A stretch of 54,294 nucleotides of DNA, the filler included, from Sphacelaria rigidula (taxonomy: Eukaryota): the NCBI GenBank assembly GCA_964200075.2. It is 5 parts of 5 records of this genome, joined end to end, with 100 filler letters (N's around TTAATTAATTAA, not from the genome) between each part and the next. Parts side by side here need not be neighbours in the genome. Positions count along the whole stretch, not along the records: positions 32,639 to 43,416 come from CAXNAA020005928.1; positions 43,517 to 54,294 come from CAXNAA020005929.1; 3 more parts are not named here. One strand, given 5' to 3'. The notes under the pieces were generated by a model, which worked only from the letters and a program-made list of their open reading frames with translations, had not been told where the DNA came from and did not search any database. The position numbers were made by a program, and so were the translations under genes. Within the stretch, counting starts at the first letter, position 1. Each line of letters opens with the position of its first letter. Positions 35,402-48,370 of the stretch are shown here, in pieces.

Positions 35402-36228
35402 CAAGGGCAGGTCGAGTAGAGTATGTACTTTTGAGTACTCGAGCAAAATACCTGATATTTACGTATTTACTCCACTTAAATTCTGAGTAGATTGAGTACG
35501 GCCTCAATCACTCCACTCAAATTTTTAGTAGATCGAGTACTACCTCTCATACTCTGGTCGAATATTGAGTAAGCATTCTCAGTAATACTCAAGTATAGAG
35601 TATTACTCGGGTATGATGAGCAACCGTGACCGTCGGTGACTAAATGACGTCACTTCAGACTATGTTGAATACATGGGCAAACGATGGCCATCAGTTAGAT
35701 GAGTGGCGGTACGTCACGGGCTACATGGGTATGAGCGAATGATGGCCATCAAAAAACAAGTAAAGCGTGTAGGTGAACAAACCTACCTGCCCCAGCTCAC
35801 CTGCCCCCACCTATGGCAGTACATACTTGATACTGGTCGATCCCTTCAAAATCACTTTCAGTACAGAGCGCTACTCATCATCATTGAGTAATCGAGTAGA
35901 CGGGTTGTTGGGTATAGGTATTTACCACAATGAGCGACTCTACTGGCCGCACATGTGACTCCTCCATGTGAGAGTCAGCGATATTCTACCAACCTTTCGG
36001 GTAGATTGGGTATGACCTCAAATATGCTGCTCAAATTTTGGGTGGATTGAGTATGACCTCCAACACTCCACTCAAATTTCGAGTAGGTCGTGAACGGTCT
36101 CAAATACTCTACCCAAATTTTGAGTAGGTTGAGTACGGCCTCAAATGCTCTACTCAAAATTTGAGAACTGAAAGTACGACTCTTCGAAAACACCGAGTAT
36201 TGAGTATACTCTACTCGACCTGCCCTTT
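35402..36228. mobile_element. Non-autonomous TIR element, hAT-like, about 827 bp
   Basis: AAGGGCAGGTCGAGTAGAGTAT versus ATACTCTACTCGACCTGCCCTT. Flanks ATACATTT/ATACGTTT (8 bp, 1 mismatch). Subterminal arrays of GAGTA/TACTC and ~46-bp CTCAAATTTTGAGTAG.TTGAGTACGGCCTC units. Confidence 0.8.
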
Positions 36229-37168
36229 ATACGTTTGTTCGTTCATTTTTGTATTGTTCATTGCTGGTACATACACGCAGCTGACAATCGTTGCGTTTTA
36301 ATAGTACTAGAATAGTGTTACCTACTATGCTTCACCGGTCAAAATCTGGCGCTCCACCATGCAGACGATCCTTTCGGTTGCGTCGCCATCAGACCATGTC
36401 TTACCGAGACGAAAGAAAGAGCAAAAAAGAGCTTCCAATGGAGTTTGTCCGGCCACAGCAAGTTTGGGTTGTATCGGGAAAAATCATTTTAAGTTAATTT
36501 CGTCAATTATCAAGAACATACTGCATGTATGGTGGTACGAGCTCCTCAGGGTCACAGGGTTTGCCCGCTTATTCGAGCAAAGGGAGCTGGAAAATAATCG
36601 GGGAAAGAGGTTTGTTTGAATTGCTTCATAAACCATTGCCTGGCCCCGATGTCATGAAAAACGTGGGAAAACTGTTCCGAAAAAAGTCCTCACGTGAAAA
36701 CATGAGAAAAACGGTAGTGGCCGAGGTTTCGATACTTTCTTTTATTGCTATGTTTTCTTCAATTGACGCGAAGGGCGCTGCACAGATGGACAACCACGCC
36801 TGGCAGTATTTGTTCACTAATATGGTAACGATTGAACACATGAACACCGTAAGCGTCCGACGAGTTGATATAGGTCAAGTGATTTTTTCGCGCGGGGTCG
36901 GCTTCAACAAGTACACAGCAAAGCAATCGCACGCGTGACCACATGGATGGGTCGGAGGATCACGATATCAAACCCACTATCCGAAAAGCAACCGCTGGTT
37001 TTGCAACGTGCCTCGTTCCCACATTGTTCATTCATCATATATAAATAAATATGAACGGTTACCCATAGCGATGACAAATGCCCACTGCTACCGAGCATAA
37101 CCGTCGACTGATGAATGAAAATTAACGCCGTGCCCCTAATCCCCGCGTTGATCGATAAACGTATCCAG

Positions 37169-37462
37169 GCAATCGCACCTGTCCTCTTCGCCGCCTTATT
37201 CGCCGCTTCCATCAACCATGATAATCCGGTCCCGTTCGACTTCCACCTCGTATTTCTCCTGATGGGCATTATCATGGTCCTAGTATTGGCGGTTGGGTGG
37301 AGCTCCATCAAAACTGTATATGGCGAAGAATTGGTTGTGGAAGTACACGATGGAAGTCACACAGATCAGGCTGAACCCGCAGCTGGGACTCAGAGCAAAA
37401 ATTCTCCCGAAAATTCTGGCGACTTTCCCATCTCTACAGCCGACAGTGCTGTTTGTGTCTGA
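37169..37462 (+). CDS. Terminal exon of an MFS transporter (ZIFL/TetA-like C-terminus)
   Basis: TATCCAG|GCA ATC GCA CCT; reads AIAPVLFAALFAASINHDNPVPFDFHLVFLLMGIIMVLVLAVGW.. to TGA. Two hydrophobic helices with the AIAP...LFA..S....PF...F pattern of MFS TM11-12. Confidence 0.65.
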   Translation, partial: AIAPVLFAALFAASINHDNPVPFDFHLVFLLMGIIMVLVLAVGWSSIKTVYGEELVVEVHDGSHTDQAEPAAGTQSKNSPENSGDFPISTADSAVCV

Positions 37463-37569
37463 TTTGGTAGTCATATAGAAAGAAAGCATTTGATTTCAAG
37501 ATGAGGTGGTCTGTACGAGTATGTTGGCAGTTCGGTGCTCTGGGTGTGATATCGGATGTGTTCCGTGAG

Positions 37570-38290
37570 GACGACTCTAGGATTCACTCTGGGGTATTGA
37601 GTACCAGTCTGAGTACGACGAGTAAACATACCGAGTATTGAAGGGGGTATGGGCACCCTGGATACGGGGATTGAGTTACTATACCAAGTATGGAAGTAAC
37701 AGACCGAGCACTTGGGGGGATAGGGTTTTCCGGACGCGGCAAAAACAATACTTGGGGGGAGTGACTTACGTCGCCGGGTTCATGAGTAGCAGACGAAGTA
37801 TTGGAGGGGATAGCTACTCCGAACACGGTAAAAAGTTGATACCGCGGAGTGCCGGTACTCCAAGTGCTTGGGGGTGGAGTGGCCCTCCGGGCACGGAGCA
37901 CTGTACTGAGTACTGTACTGAGTATTGCGAGTAACATACCGAGTGTTTGCGGGGATAGGTGCTTTCGAGTTTTGGAATAGCGGATGCTTTGGATTCCTGG
38001 CACTTCAAAATGCGTGTGTAAGGGTACTATACCGATTACTATGAGTAACATATCGAGTACCAAAAGTGGCTAATATTTCGGGGTGGCGGTACTGCAGGTC
38101 CTTGGGGGTACTGAGTATCCTACTTGGTACTATACTGAGTACCATACGTGGCAGACTGAACATTTTGGAGGATGGGCTCTGTGGGGTAGTGTACTGTAAA
38201 GTCAGTTCTTTCGAGTGCCGATACGCCACGAACTTCGAGCACTGAGTACGTTGCTGAGTTCTACGAGTACCAGACCGAGTATTCAGAGAG
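37570..38290. repeat. Degenerate repeat rich in CGAGTA / GAGTAC / AACATACCGAGT motifs
   Basis: GAGTA(A)ACATA(C/T)CGAGT at about 37620, 37929 and 38043; multiple ACTGAGTA copies. Confidence 0.65.
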
Positions 38291-40887
38291 ATAGGGCGGG
38301 TGTTTTGCATTGGGCCATCCCCCGCGACACTGCAGTGGCGAACGCCCCCTACGCACGACACAGGGGGATCTGACAATATGGGACCTGGTCCTGGGTGCAC
38401 TGATGAGATACTCTGGTAATCATGATGGAGGACCAACTGCCATGCTCTAGTGGGAACAAGGGGGTCTGGAAACGGGGATCGAGAGCTTTTCCGTGTGTCA
38501 ACTCTAGATCCTGCAATCTATTCTCAGTGGTCTTGCATGTGTTCACTCGGGGAGAGGGAAAATTTCGAAAATAGAATGTATGCTGAAAATACTTGCCCAA
38601 TCGGAAATAAGAGTGAGGTAATGGGAGGGAGGGGGAGTTATGAGCACTACCAGCTCTTGGCTTAGTCTAGCGTGTAGCAACTTACTGTATATTTTTATCG
38701 TTACTTGGTTGTGTGGTCGCAGGATAGTCAGATGGATCGACGATGCTGGGATCTGCAATCTGATAGCGGCGCATTGTTGTCATTAGGCTTTTTCTTCTTA
38801 TGCTGTAAAATTTCTGGCATAATTCCACCTTGGTAGCATCAATAGCATAGCGTACCAATCTGTGAGGCCTCTTGCCTGCTGAAATATTTTGGGTGAAAAC
38901 TTTGCGATCATCCACCGCGGGTCTGAAATATGTGTATGCTCTGGAACTAGTCACCCACTGATAATAATGACAGTATATAACTGCTAGTCTGATGGTGATT
39001 GGTTGATCTCTATCTGGCCGAAAATGGCATCCCTGTTGGATATTATGAGCATAAATCGAGCATACATTTTTTCGAGAATGCGAGCATGAGTCGAGCAGAA
39101 ATTTTAGTGAGATTGCTAGCGAAAAAAAATTATCTTGCTAGTATAATGAGTAAAAGCTTAGTTGTGATGTTTTTTTACGGTCACACGCGGCGAGGTTCAC
39201 CCCGTGATTGATGTGTCAGGAACATACGGTAATATGCAGTTTCCACATGGGGTGTGTTGCCGTCAACGGCTCACTCAAACTTGGGCCGAAAGCTACGCAA
39301 GGCACACCAGAGGACACCATACCCGAACCTCTCGAGCTATTATACTAATTTTGGATGTGGGGTGCATGGATCTGATCGAAGTGTTTTTAGCTCATTGGGT
39401 GGTCCGCACGGTGATGAAACCGATTTTGCCGGTGGGTTCAAACCGGCTACGGTGACGTTCACAAGGAGGCAATCTGATGGCAGCAGCGAGTGTGTCTGCA
39501 GGTGGGGAGCCGGGTAAATTCAATGCTCATCAGTGTGTCCCAACACAGGCGTGAACATTTCAAGGAACTGTGGCATGCCCTTCGTGTCTAAACAGTAGGA
39601 AGAGACGGGTCAAAATCGATACTTCAGCAAGGGACTGTTGTACTAGTCGGGATTTGGACTGGTAATCGAGATTCGAGTACTAGCCTGGCTTAATTTTTGA
39701 CGTCAAACGTGAACGTCTAACGTGTATGGCCCTGAAAGGAGATCTGTCTGTCTGCAGTTTTTTTGTCGGGGGAAATCGCGAGTCTGCGCTGTCCTATTGG
39801 AAATCTGCGTCAATTATGCTTTATCCTCTCTAAAATCTGCTGTGAAATCTGGGATATATTTCGGTTTTCCTGCTGTTTTTTTCACGGCAGTTTTTCTGCG
39901 TCAAAATACCGAATTCTGTTTTTCCTGCGACCGCAGATATATGAAGACAGAGCGTGGTCGATACACGTTGAAATTATTTCTCCGCAGGTATATGACCTGC
40001 AGGGAATTTTGGACGATTGTGCGCCACTTTTGCGGAGTTGGCAAGCCTGGCAGTCTCTGCACCAGTTTCGCACCTCCCGGCTTCCTGATGGCCACCAATA
40101 CTTCGCCCTGACCTTTTCGTCAGTCGCTTTTAACCCGAGGTGGCCTCCGGATGACGCATGGTTGTGATACGAGTGTGGTACGGACCAGGGTTAGAAACGT
40201 TGCGTGCGGCCCTGCGCTGGCGCAGATATTTTGGGAAAATAGCGCTCAGCGCAAATTTTCGGGGGAGGTTCTGCGGCTTGCCGCAGCAAACCAAATTGGG
40301 CCGCATTGTTTTCGCCGAAGACGAAAAAGTGTTTGAGAACCTTTTTTCGTCGAAGGCGAATTTGTTTGTGGATCGTTTTTCGCCGAACGAAGACGATTTT
40401 CGTTTGTTTTGAGCTCTTTTTCACGTTGCTTCTGTTTGTTTTGCTCTCCCACCTCCTCTAGACTGGCAAATTGCACCATCAATCGCATGAACGACAACAC
40501 CAAACAGCAAACCACGAAATGGCACGTAGTGTAGGAACAAAGGCAGCGGAATTACAGGGGTGCGATACGAATAAAAAAGGATCGCTCCGTACTAGGGAGT
40601 AGAGAGTAGAGTACTCTACAATGGTAAAGTAGCTGGTGATGTAGAGTACTAGACCCGAGCGAAGGCCGAGTAGTTTTTTTGCTTGACGGGGGCTAGCTCC
40701 TTTTGTTTGCGGGTACGCCCTCCAGCCAGCAAAGCAAGAATTTGGCGACCCTCCGACTAGCGCGTCAACAGGCGTCGCGCCTAGCACTGCTGCCGGTGTC
40801 GCCGCCGGCGCCACCACCCGCGCCGGCGCAGTGTTCGACTCTGTAGAGGTCGGCCCATCTGCACCGCCCGCTGCGGAGCAGCAGCAC

Positions 40888-41885
40888 CTACGGCGGCGCC
40901 GGACCCAGAGCCAGGCCCATGCTGACGCCGCTGCCCCTGCTGCTGCTGACTCTGCTGCTGCTGCGGCTGCTGCTGAGGGCTCGCCTGCGACCCTCCATCG
41001 CCGGAGGATCCGCCACCGCCACCACACCCCGTCTTTTGCCCTTGTGCTGACGATGCTGATGGCGCGCGGCACTAGACTGCCCAGACTCTCCTCCGGAAAA
41101 TGTTTGGCAATTGCGCGCGTAATGGCCGACCTGGCCATGGCGGTGGCAAGTAATACTCGCGGCGCGACCAGCCGATTTCGAGCCATGGTTGCGCAAAACG
41201 TTCGGCGAAGAGGTGGACGACTGGCCGAACACCTCTATTTTCCGCCACTCCTTGGCTTCGGCCACGACGGTGCTCATCACCAGGTACGGATCGTCCGTCC
41301 AATATATTTGGTGCTGCAACTTGACAAGCAAGGCTTGCTTGAACGTTTACGGTACCAACCCCTCCACCACAGCCTTCGTGATTACTGCTGCCGGCCGGGA
41401 ATGAACTCACCATCGGGGGAACGATATACTGGTTCAACGTTCGGATTTTCCGTGAAGTACTTCTCCAAATCAGCCAAGATGAGCTCCACACGCTCCAACA
41501 TCGTTTGCCCCCGGAAATCCATGGCGACAGCTTCCGTCACGACCGCGGACGCTTGGGTCAGACCTACCTCGGCGCTCACCGCATGCCCAGCATGCTGTTT
41601 GATCGCCGCAAGTAATGTCGGCGAGGTGATGATGCTCTCGTTATGTTCCAAACGAGCGAACACTCTCTGTACATGAGTCGGCACTTGTTGGGCCATAGTC
41701 ACCACCTGATGCCGCACGGCACCCCCTGCATTAGCGTGCTCCACACGCTTCGTGTACTCCAAGTATTTTGTATAAAAAGTGTGAGATGCACTCTTTGAGT
41801 ACCTGTCCTCGTATTGGGGAGGTCGCAATTCTTCCCGCATGACCACGGGTGTCACGGTGGACGTACCCCGTGAGCCGGTAGCCAT
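40888..41885 (-). pseudogene. Decayed retrotransposon gag with a degenerate zinc knuckle
   Basis: ORFs 41382-41885 and 40888-41331 are linked by a frameshift near 41395 and a stop (PAAVITKAVVEGLVP*TFKQALLVKL). Contains CHRHGQVGHYARNC at 41107-41148, a CX2CX4HX4C with the second Cys replaced by His, followed by a low-complexity tail. No pol downstream. Confidence 0.75.
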
Positions 41886-42589
41886 AGCTGTAGCTGTAAC
41901 CGGCTACCTGCAAATCTCTGCAGACCAGCAGACCTTCGCGAATCGCACTTTCCTTGCTTCGTCGCCGCACCACACAGTCCTAGGAGCCTCCAAACTCCCG
42001 CTGCACGCAGCTTCAGAAAGTCTTCAGTCTGGATCAATCACAGGCCAGCCGTCTTTCGGCAGCCGCCTCACCTCGAACCCTCTCCACGCGTCCGTGGGTT
42101 ATCAGGTTTCCACTGCAACCAAACTCCTTCCGCCGAACTCCTTTCAGTAGGTTTTTAGCACTGACATTCGTACTAATATCGATATTGCCACGCCGGCCAG
42201 GGGAAGCACAGTTGGATCACTGCTGTTGAGGCACTCCCCAGTCTTACTGGCCTCAGTTTCAGTTGTCAGCCTTGACAACGTTCTCATTATTCACGAGTGC
42301 CCTTCCAGGGCACCAGCTTCCTCACGCCAGGATCAACCTAGTGTCCCCGGTCATTATCCAGATCTTTACTACCAACTTAACGTAACGGCGCTATTTCGTC
42401 ACATCTCGCAGCGACAATAGTTACCGATACAGGCTGGTTCAAGGTGATCACCCAAGAAACACTCATCGGCAAAACCTCAAGCCGTTTTAAGGAGTTAGAC
42501 CCTGAACTTTTGCACAAATTTTTCATGGGTAATTACACTACCTTCAATGATCGAGTTTTTTTCAGAATTTTTTACTTTTTTCACCGTTT

Positions 42590-43250
42590 TTCGGGGGTCC
42601 CAGTTTTTTGGGGGAAACCTCGACCCAATCCGATCCCCGTAAAACGGCAATAAATAAAAAATCAAGAATAAAATCGTCCATCCAAAATTGCGTAATGTCC
42701 CAAAGCACAGTTGTGCAGAATTTTAGGGTTTGACTCCTTGAAACGGCGTGAGGTCTTTGGCCTTTGTGCGAAGAAGCTTGCCGTACCGCGGTGAAACCGC
42801 AAACTACTTCATTCTAGAACCAAAACGGCGTTTTTGGGCCTTCTTTGACGTGAACATGGAAATTCAAGCATGAGTTGATCGAGCTTTGCGACGAAAAATT
42901 GTGGAGCCCATCCTTGGGTTATGCGGAGGCAGATAGTGTGCGAAAAAGTGGAAAACAAATATCGTAGTGCCGTTTTTTTGGGGTCCCAAAATGGAGACTA
43001 CTTCGAAAAACGACTTCAATCCCGTCGGACCCACGAAAACGGTGAAAAACTCAAGAAGTACTAAAACATCGTCCGTAGAAAGTTGCGTAATGATACATAG
43101 CATATTTATGCGAAGTTTCAGGGTATGACTCCTAATGACGGCGTGAAAGTTTGCGCGTTTGTGAAGGACGTGGGCTTGAAACGTGCAACTCCTAACTTCT
43201 TGGTTTTAGTATGAAAACGTATTTTGGGGTGAATTTGACGTCAAGGCAAG
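42590..43250. repeat. Diverged tandem duplication, about 390-bp period
   Basis: ATCGTCC..AAA.TTGCGTAATG..AGGGT.TGACTCCT..A.ACGGCGTGA at about 42673-42751 and 43067-43147. Confidence 0.75.
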
Positions 43251-43416
43251 AAAAACTGTATGAGGTTTTCGATTTTCTCCACCAAACTTTGTACATGTGT
43301 TCCTTGGACTCTCCCGGGAAGCATCATTTCATTATTTTTCTTCTAGGGCATCCTGTACCGCCTTCCGGGGGTCTTCATGCTGAGACCCCCGGAAGCCGGT
43401 AGATAACGGAGAAAGC

Positions 43417-43516
43417 NNNNNNNNNNNNNNNNNNNNNNNNNNNNNNNNNNNNNNNNNNNNTTAATTAATTAANNNNNNNNNNNNNNNNNNNNNNNNNNNN
43501 NNNNNNNNNNNNNNNN
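43417..43516. other. Artificial contig linker N44-TTAATTAATTAA-N44
   Basis: Same 100-bp structure as the other gaps. Confidence 0.99.
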
Positions 43517-43544
43517 ATCGGAGGGTTGAGAAACAAAGGCGAAG

Positions 43545-43754
43545 AGGGGGGGGGGGGGGGGGGGGGGGGAAGACCTGGCTCGCGCAGTGGGCATAATTAT
43601 TTCATCTGGCAAAATTCATGCGTGTGGTGGAGTGTCATCAATCTATTTGAGTTCGGTGGGGGGAAGACCTGGCTTGCGCAGTAAGCATAAATTATTTCAT
43701 CTGGCAAAATTTATGAGAGTAGTTGGAGTGCCATCAATCTATCTGTGTTCGTGA
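43545..43754. repeat. Poly-G plus two tandem ~95-bp units
   Basis: GGGGGAAGACCTGGCT.GCGCAGT..GCATAA(A)TTATTTCATCTGGCAAAATT.ATG..GGAGTG.CATCAATCTAT occurs twice. Confidence 0.88.
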
Positions 43755-43962
43755 TGTCATTTCGGAGATTGGTCCGTCATCTATCCGCGCATGATATTCT
43801 CGAGAGGTAACAAAGCTGTGGTAAAACAGGATAACGAATAGCAAAGGACTAACATAACACTAGGTGATATGAAACCATCGTGTTTTTTCCTGAGGTCAAG
43901 TCAAGTCAAGCAAAAATAAATAAAGTTAAGGGCGGGACAGCTTAGCCAAGTAGCGTCCTCAC

Positions 43963-44206
43963 CTGCCACACCGTACTCATTGCAAATTCGCCAGCCCATG
44001 TCAGAAGAGAAAGCCTTGGTAGCAGTAGTGGTGAACGAGTAGTCACCATCAGCCAGACACGTCCTGACCTCCGAGCTTTCATGGTCATCCGCGAGGGTTC
44101 CTCCCGTTACCGCCACTTCTTCCCCCACCTGGTGGATACTCCACAGGTTGTAGTGGCCTGGGAGACCGCCCACCCAGCCGTCTCCGAAGGTGTCCGTCAA
44201 GGCAAG
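43963..44206 (-). CDS. Exon of a secreted protein, DxxGDGW-motif extracellular domain
   Basis: Acceptor ..CCAAAAAG|CTT, donor GCA G|GTGAGG. Reads LALTDTFGDGWVGG..GGTLADDHESSEVRTCLADGDYSFTTT..DMGWRICNEYGVA. Confidence 0.75.
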
Positions 44207-45682
44207 CTTTTTGGCGAAGGAGTTAACGAGGGGGCGGAATAACAAAATGCACGTGTTCAAAAGTGTGTTGGCGAGAGATGACATGCAGTGGTGAGGCCAA
44301 GGGTTAGGCTTTAGAGTCAAGAACATGACCCCGCCCAAGTTTCAATACTGTGAGAGATCTTGAGCGGCCCGTCACGACGTCATGACGTTTCGAAACGTGC
44401 CACATTTTGCACCGCAAGTTCGCTTGTGGCATGACTACCCGCTATGTACACACGATCGACTTCGCCACGCACGTGGTGCGCATTCACCCCCAACCTCGAA
44501 GACAGCGACAACAGTATAATTTGACCGCGGCTCTGAGTTGTCATCCCATCTATAAATGGGAAGCACGGCTTCGTCCCGACAACTGGACCTTTATTCTGCG
44601 CGACTGCAAAAATCCAGAACCTGGCCAGGAGTAAAACGGGGCGTACGAAACATCGAACAAGTGAGCTAGAGTCCTCGTGAAAAACGTGGCAAATGTTCTC
44701 GAGGAGGCCATCTCCGCCAGGGCCTGTTTTCCCGCCAAAAACTCGCGGTGAAAGACGCAAAAAGGGCACTTCACAGAGAGTCCGTTCTCAGACTATGAGG
44801 AGCGGTCTCATTCACTCGTTATTTCCACGTGTCACTTGGGCTAAATGTCGCGCACACTTGGTCCCATCCCCTGATGCATTCAGTCCAGTTCTCTCCAGGC
44901 TCGTGGCGGGTTATTTCTTATTGGAGGACTGTCTTGTACATTGAACGGTACAAGTGCGCGATTCTGTAAATTCGACATGGACGTCAACCATCTGGCCCCA
45001 ACTTGATAAATCAGACACAGAGAAGGGGCCCATTATACATTTTACGTCACAACTTTACGTGCTTGACAGGCAGTAGACAGGACATGGTGGTGTAGTACAT
45101 CGCTGAACGCACGAATCGAGTTGAATACAGAAACACATTTTTGTTCCGAAAAAATATACTTCGAAACATACGCTGCTCTTTGTCTGAGTGGAGTGAATTT
45201 TTCATGTGTACAGACGGAAGTGTACAAACTTGATCCATGTGTCCCACTCGGGAACGTGGGGAGAATGGGGGGTGAGGGGGGGTGATGTCCACCCTACTTC
45301 CGCCAGCGGCTCAAGGGTTAGGGCGCGTCCTAGGACGTCTCTGCACATTAGTTCTCCATCGAGAATGATCGGTGGAAGAAGTAAAATCCGACCATGTCGT
45401 AATTTCGACTATCGTCGGTATGTTGGAATCACACAACGTATCAAAATATTTCATGAAAACCGTGAAATGTCTCGTTACTTGTGGCGAGGAGTCAAATTTT
45501 TGTTGTTCACCACTCTTTTTCAATCGAAAGATGATGTAGACACAGCGTCACAGACCGTTTTTCACTGCTCGTGTTTTTTCGAGGTGGAATTATCATTTTC
45601 CATGTTTGAGACACTCGACACGGTTTTTCGCCGTGAAACACAACATCGCAGGTACGCGTCCCGGACACTTCGCGACACAACG

Positions 45683-46259
45683 CCCATACATGGGGATAAT
45701 TTTCAGTAGTGAAATGTGAAATTCAACCAATCAGAGGCCCTCCAGTGAGGAATCGGCGGAATCTAGCGCCAATGAAATGTGACCTTCGAAGTGAACTATG
45801 TAGTGAAAACTGCTTGTGATTGTCTCGCAGGCTGAAGTCACACCTGTACTGCACGCCGGGAAGAATAGAGCAGAGGAACGGAGCTGCAAGTAGACAAGCA
45901 GACAGCGAGGGGTGCATTGCTGCCGCGGTGGGTCATTGAGATCCTCGTGTATGGTTGGTTGTGTCTTTCCGTGGCCGCGGGCGCCGGCGCCGATGCCAGC
46001 AGCAGCACCTTTCACGCTGACGGGTGCAAGCAATGCCCTGGCGGTGGAGTATATCCGCACCGTGCTGCGCGTTGCTCCTGTCATCGGAGCACGGGGTCTG
46101 GCCCAGCCGTACAGTGAAACAAGACATGTCCCATATTTCAGTTCTTCGGCTGATTTTAAACGAATCCTCAGTGTTTGCCGGGTGCCGATTTTGAGCGCTC
46201 GGAGATAATCCCGCTTCGCGCACATTCCAATTTGCTACAAAATCATCCCCATGTATGGG
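45683..46259. mobile_element. Putative TIR element with CCC..GGG ends, unclassified
   Basis: CCCATACATGGGGATAATTTT versus AAAATCATCCCCATGTATGGG; no clear TSD. Confidence 0.6.
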
Positions 46260-47939
46260 TCCTGTGCCCACTTTGCGTCGCCCCACTGGGAGGAGTCTAG
46301 CCCACTATTCCGATTCACTTGGATCCGACGTTTCGAGATTGGACAAAAGACGCCAGGGTCGGGTCATTCACTACAACTTCTTGCAAGGGCTAAGGACTCG
46401 GGAAAATTGATACTGTGTTGGTCTCGAGTGGAGAGACGACGCTTAGATTGTCAATGCAGTTGTTGCACAATGTGCCCTATTACACGGTTATTGGCGTAGG
46501 AGACACAACACTGTAATGGAACAACAAGAAATGTTTGTGTAACCAACCATGTCTCGAAAATAGCAGTACCGGCGATCGCACCGACGTTTGGACGTTGGGG
46601 TACGGGCTCGAGTATCAACGCCAATATCGACCTCCCCCGAACAAGCAAACGGCACGGGAGAGGGGGGGGGGAAGAGGGGCGAATACATACTATAGGTGGT
46701 TATGTGCGTTGGGTGGTGCTCTCAATTTTATCGACAGAAAAGTTTCACTAACGCTAACGCCAAGCCCAACCTTGACCCGAGGCAGACAGTGAAAACTCGA
46801 GCAAGGAAGGAATGTCCGATGTCCTAGGCCAAGTGTGCACTGGCAAAAGCTCGGATCGGTGTCCTTTCAACGCCGATTTGAGCCAAAACGCGAACCTGCA
46901 AAAGATTCGGATGTTGTATTATACTTCATACAACATTACTAGATTATTTCAACCACAGAGTCCAGTCGTCTCGTGACTCCAGTGTAAAGACAGATGTGTT
47001 GTTCTGCGGGAACTTCTAAGATGCCCCCCCATAGCCAACCATCATACCAGGTACGGTAGATGTCGACATACTTCCTTCGGCTGGCCGAGCGGGTACTCGT
47101 CGTGTTTACCAATGTGGAGAGGGAGGAGGGGGGGGAGGGCAGCAACCTCGGTGCGACTCGAGGCTCTCAACTCGAAGACGCCAAAAGTCTGACGCCCGCT
47201 GAGCGTTGATGGACTCAAGAGGAGGGTGATGCAGAGGAGAGAAAATTTACTCGTGCTATCACAGTTACCCGACCGACGGGCAAATCTCCACGCTCGCATT
47301 AACGTCGTGATCCATAACCCCGCGGGATTGTGATGGAGATGACGATTGGAAAGACGAACGATATATCCTCGGGTCAATTGGCTGTAGGCGCTCGGAAGGT
47401 TGGCAGTACATATTTTCTAGAGGAGTACGAGCCTGTGCGCTTGTTAGCTTCAAAGTACTCGCCCCAGCTAAGTCACTAGTGGGTAAAACCCACCCCGAAA
47501 GAGGCTTGGAAAGAAAGTTCTGAACAACGCCATGCTGGGGTCGTCGAGTGCCGATATGAGGGAGGGAAAAAACAGCTCAGATCACCTCGTACAACACTCC
47601 AAGGGTCGGACAAATAATGATTCGTCTGGAAATTACTTGGTTTTAGTATAATTGATTCGACTCGTGACGAATCAATCCCAAGGCTTTACTTCAGCGTTGC
47701 TACCCAGGTACACGCAGCCCAGACACGTGGAGTGGCGCAAAAATTGCGTGGATACCCCTTGGATCAGCGATCACTTTTTTTTCTTCCTTTTGGGCAATCG
47801 GGTCGAAGAAATCGTGAATTCGGTGATTCTTAGTCGTGATTATTCGTCCTGACCGTGCAACATTCGGTGTGTTTTCCGAGAAAATACCGGTGTAACTCCG
47901 CGTCAAATTTGCTCACTGAGATTCGATTCTCGTACTCAT

Positions 47940-48370
47940 ACTTCAGGCATTTCTGTGCAGGTCTCGGCACTTTCTGCAACAGTTTCATACCAGAACCCAA
48001 CAGTTCTGTAACTTGTAAAAGACTCATATCCCTACCCGATCCGATACTTATCACTTCCGTAAGATTCACATAACCTTACCGGGGGCACGGGTATATCCTT
48101 ACAAAAAATACACGATTGTGGGTACCGTCTCCTGTGAAGCCTCCGTACCATACCCGACACGTTCTTAGAGACTTCAATACCGGTACACGACAGTTGCGTC
48201 ATCTCTGTACGAATTTTCTACCCGGGTACCCGAGGCGCGGGAATATTCTTTTGAAAATAACCGGTTGCGGGTTCGGTGTTCTGTGCAATGTTCATACCCT
48301 ACCCGACAGCTTATTTGCGTTTTTGTGATGAATCTCATGCCCTACCGAAGATAGCCGTACCCCGCAGAAC
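47940..48370. repeat. Second copy of the CATACCCTACCCGACAG repeat family
   Basis: Same motifs as 15170-15705. Confidence 0.8.

Noticed and set aside
40831..41676. 281-aa plus-strand ORF
   Set aside because: It is the antisense shadow of the gag relic.
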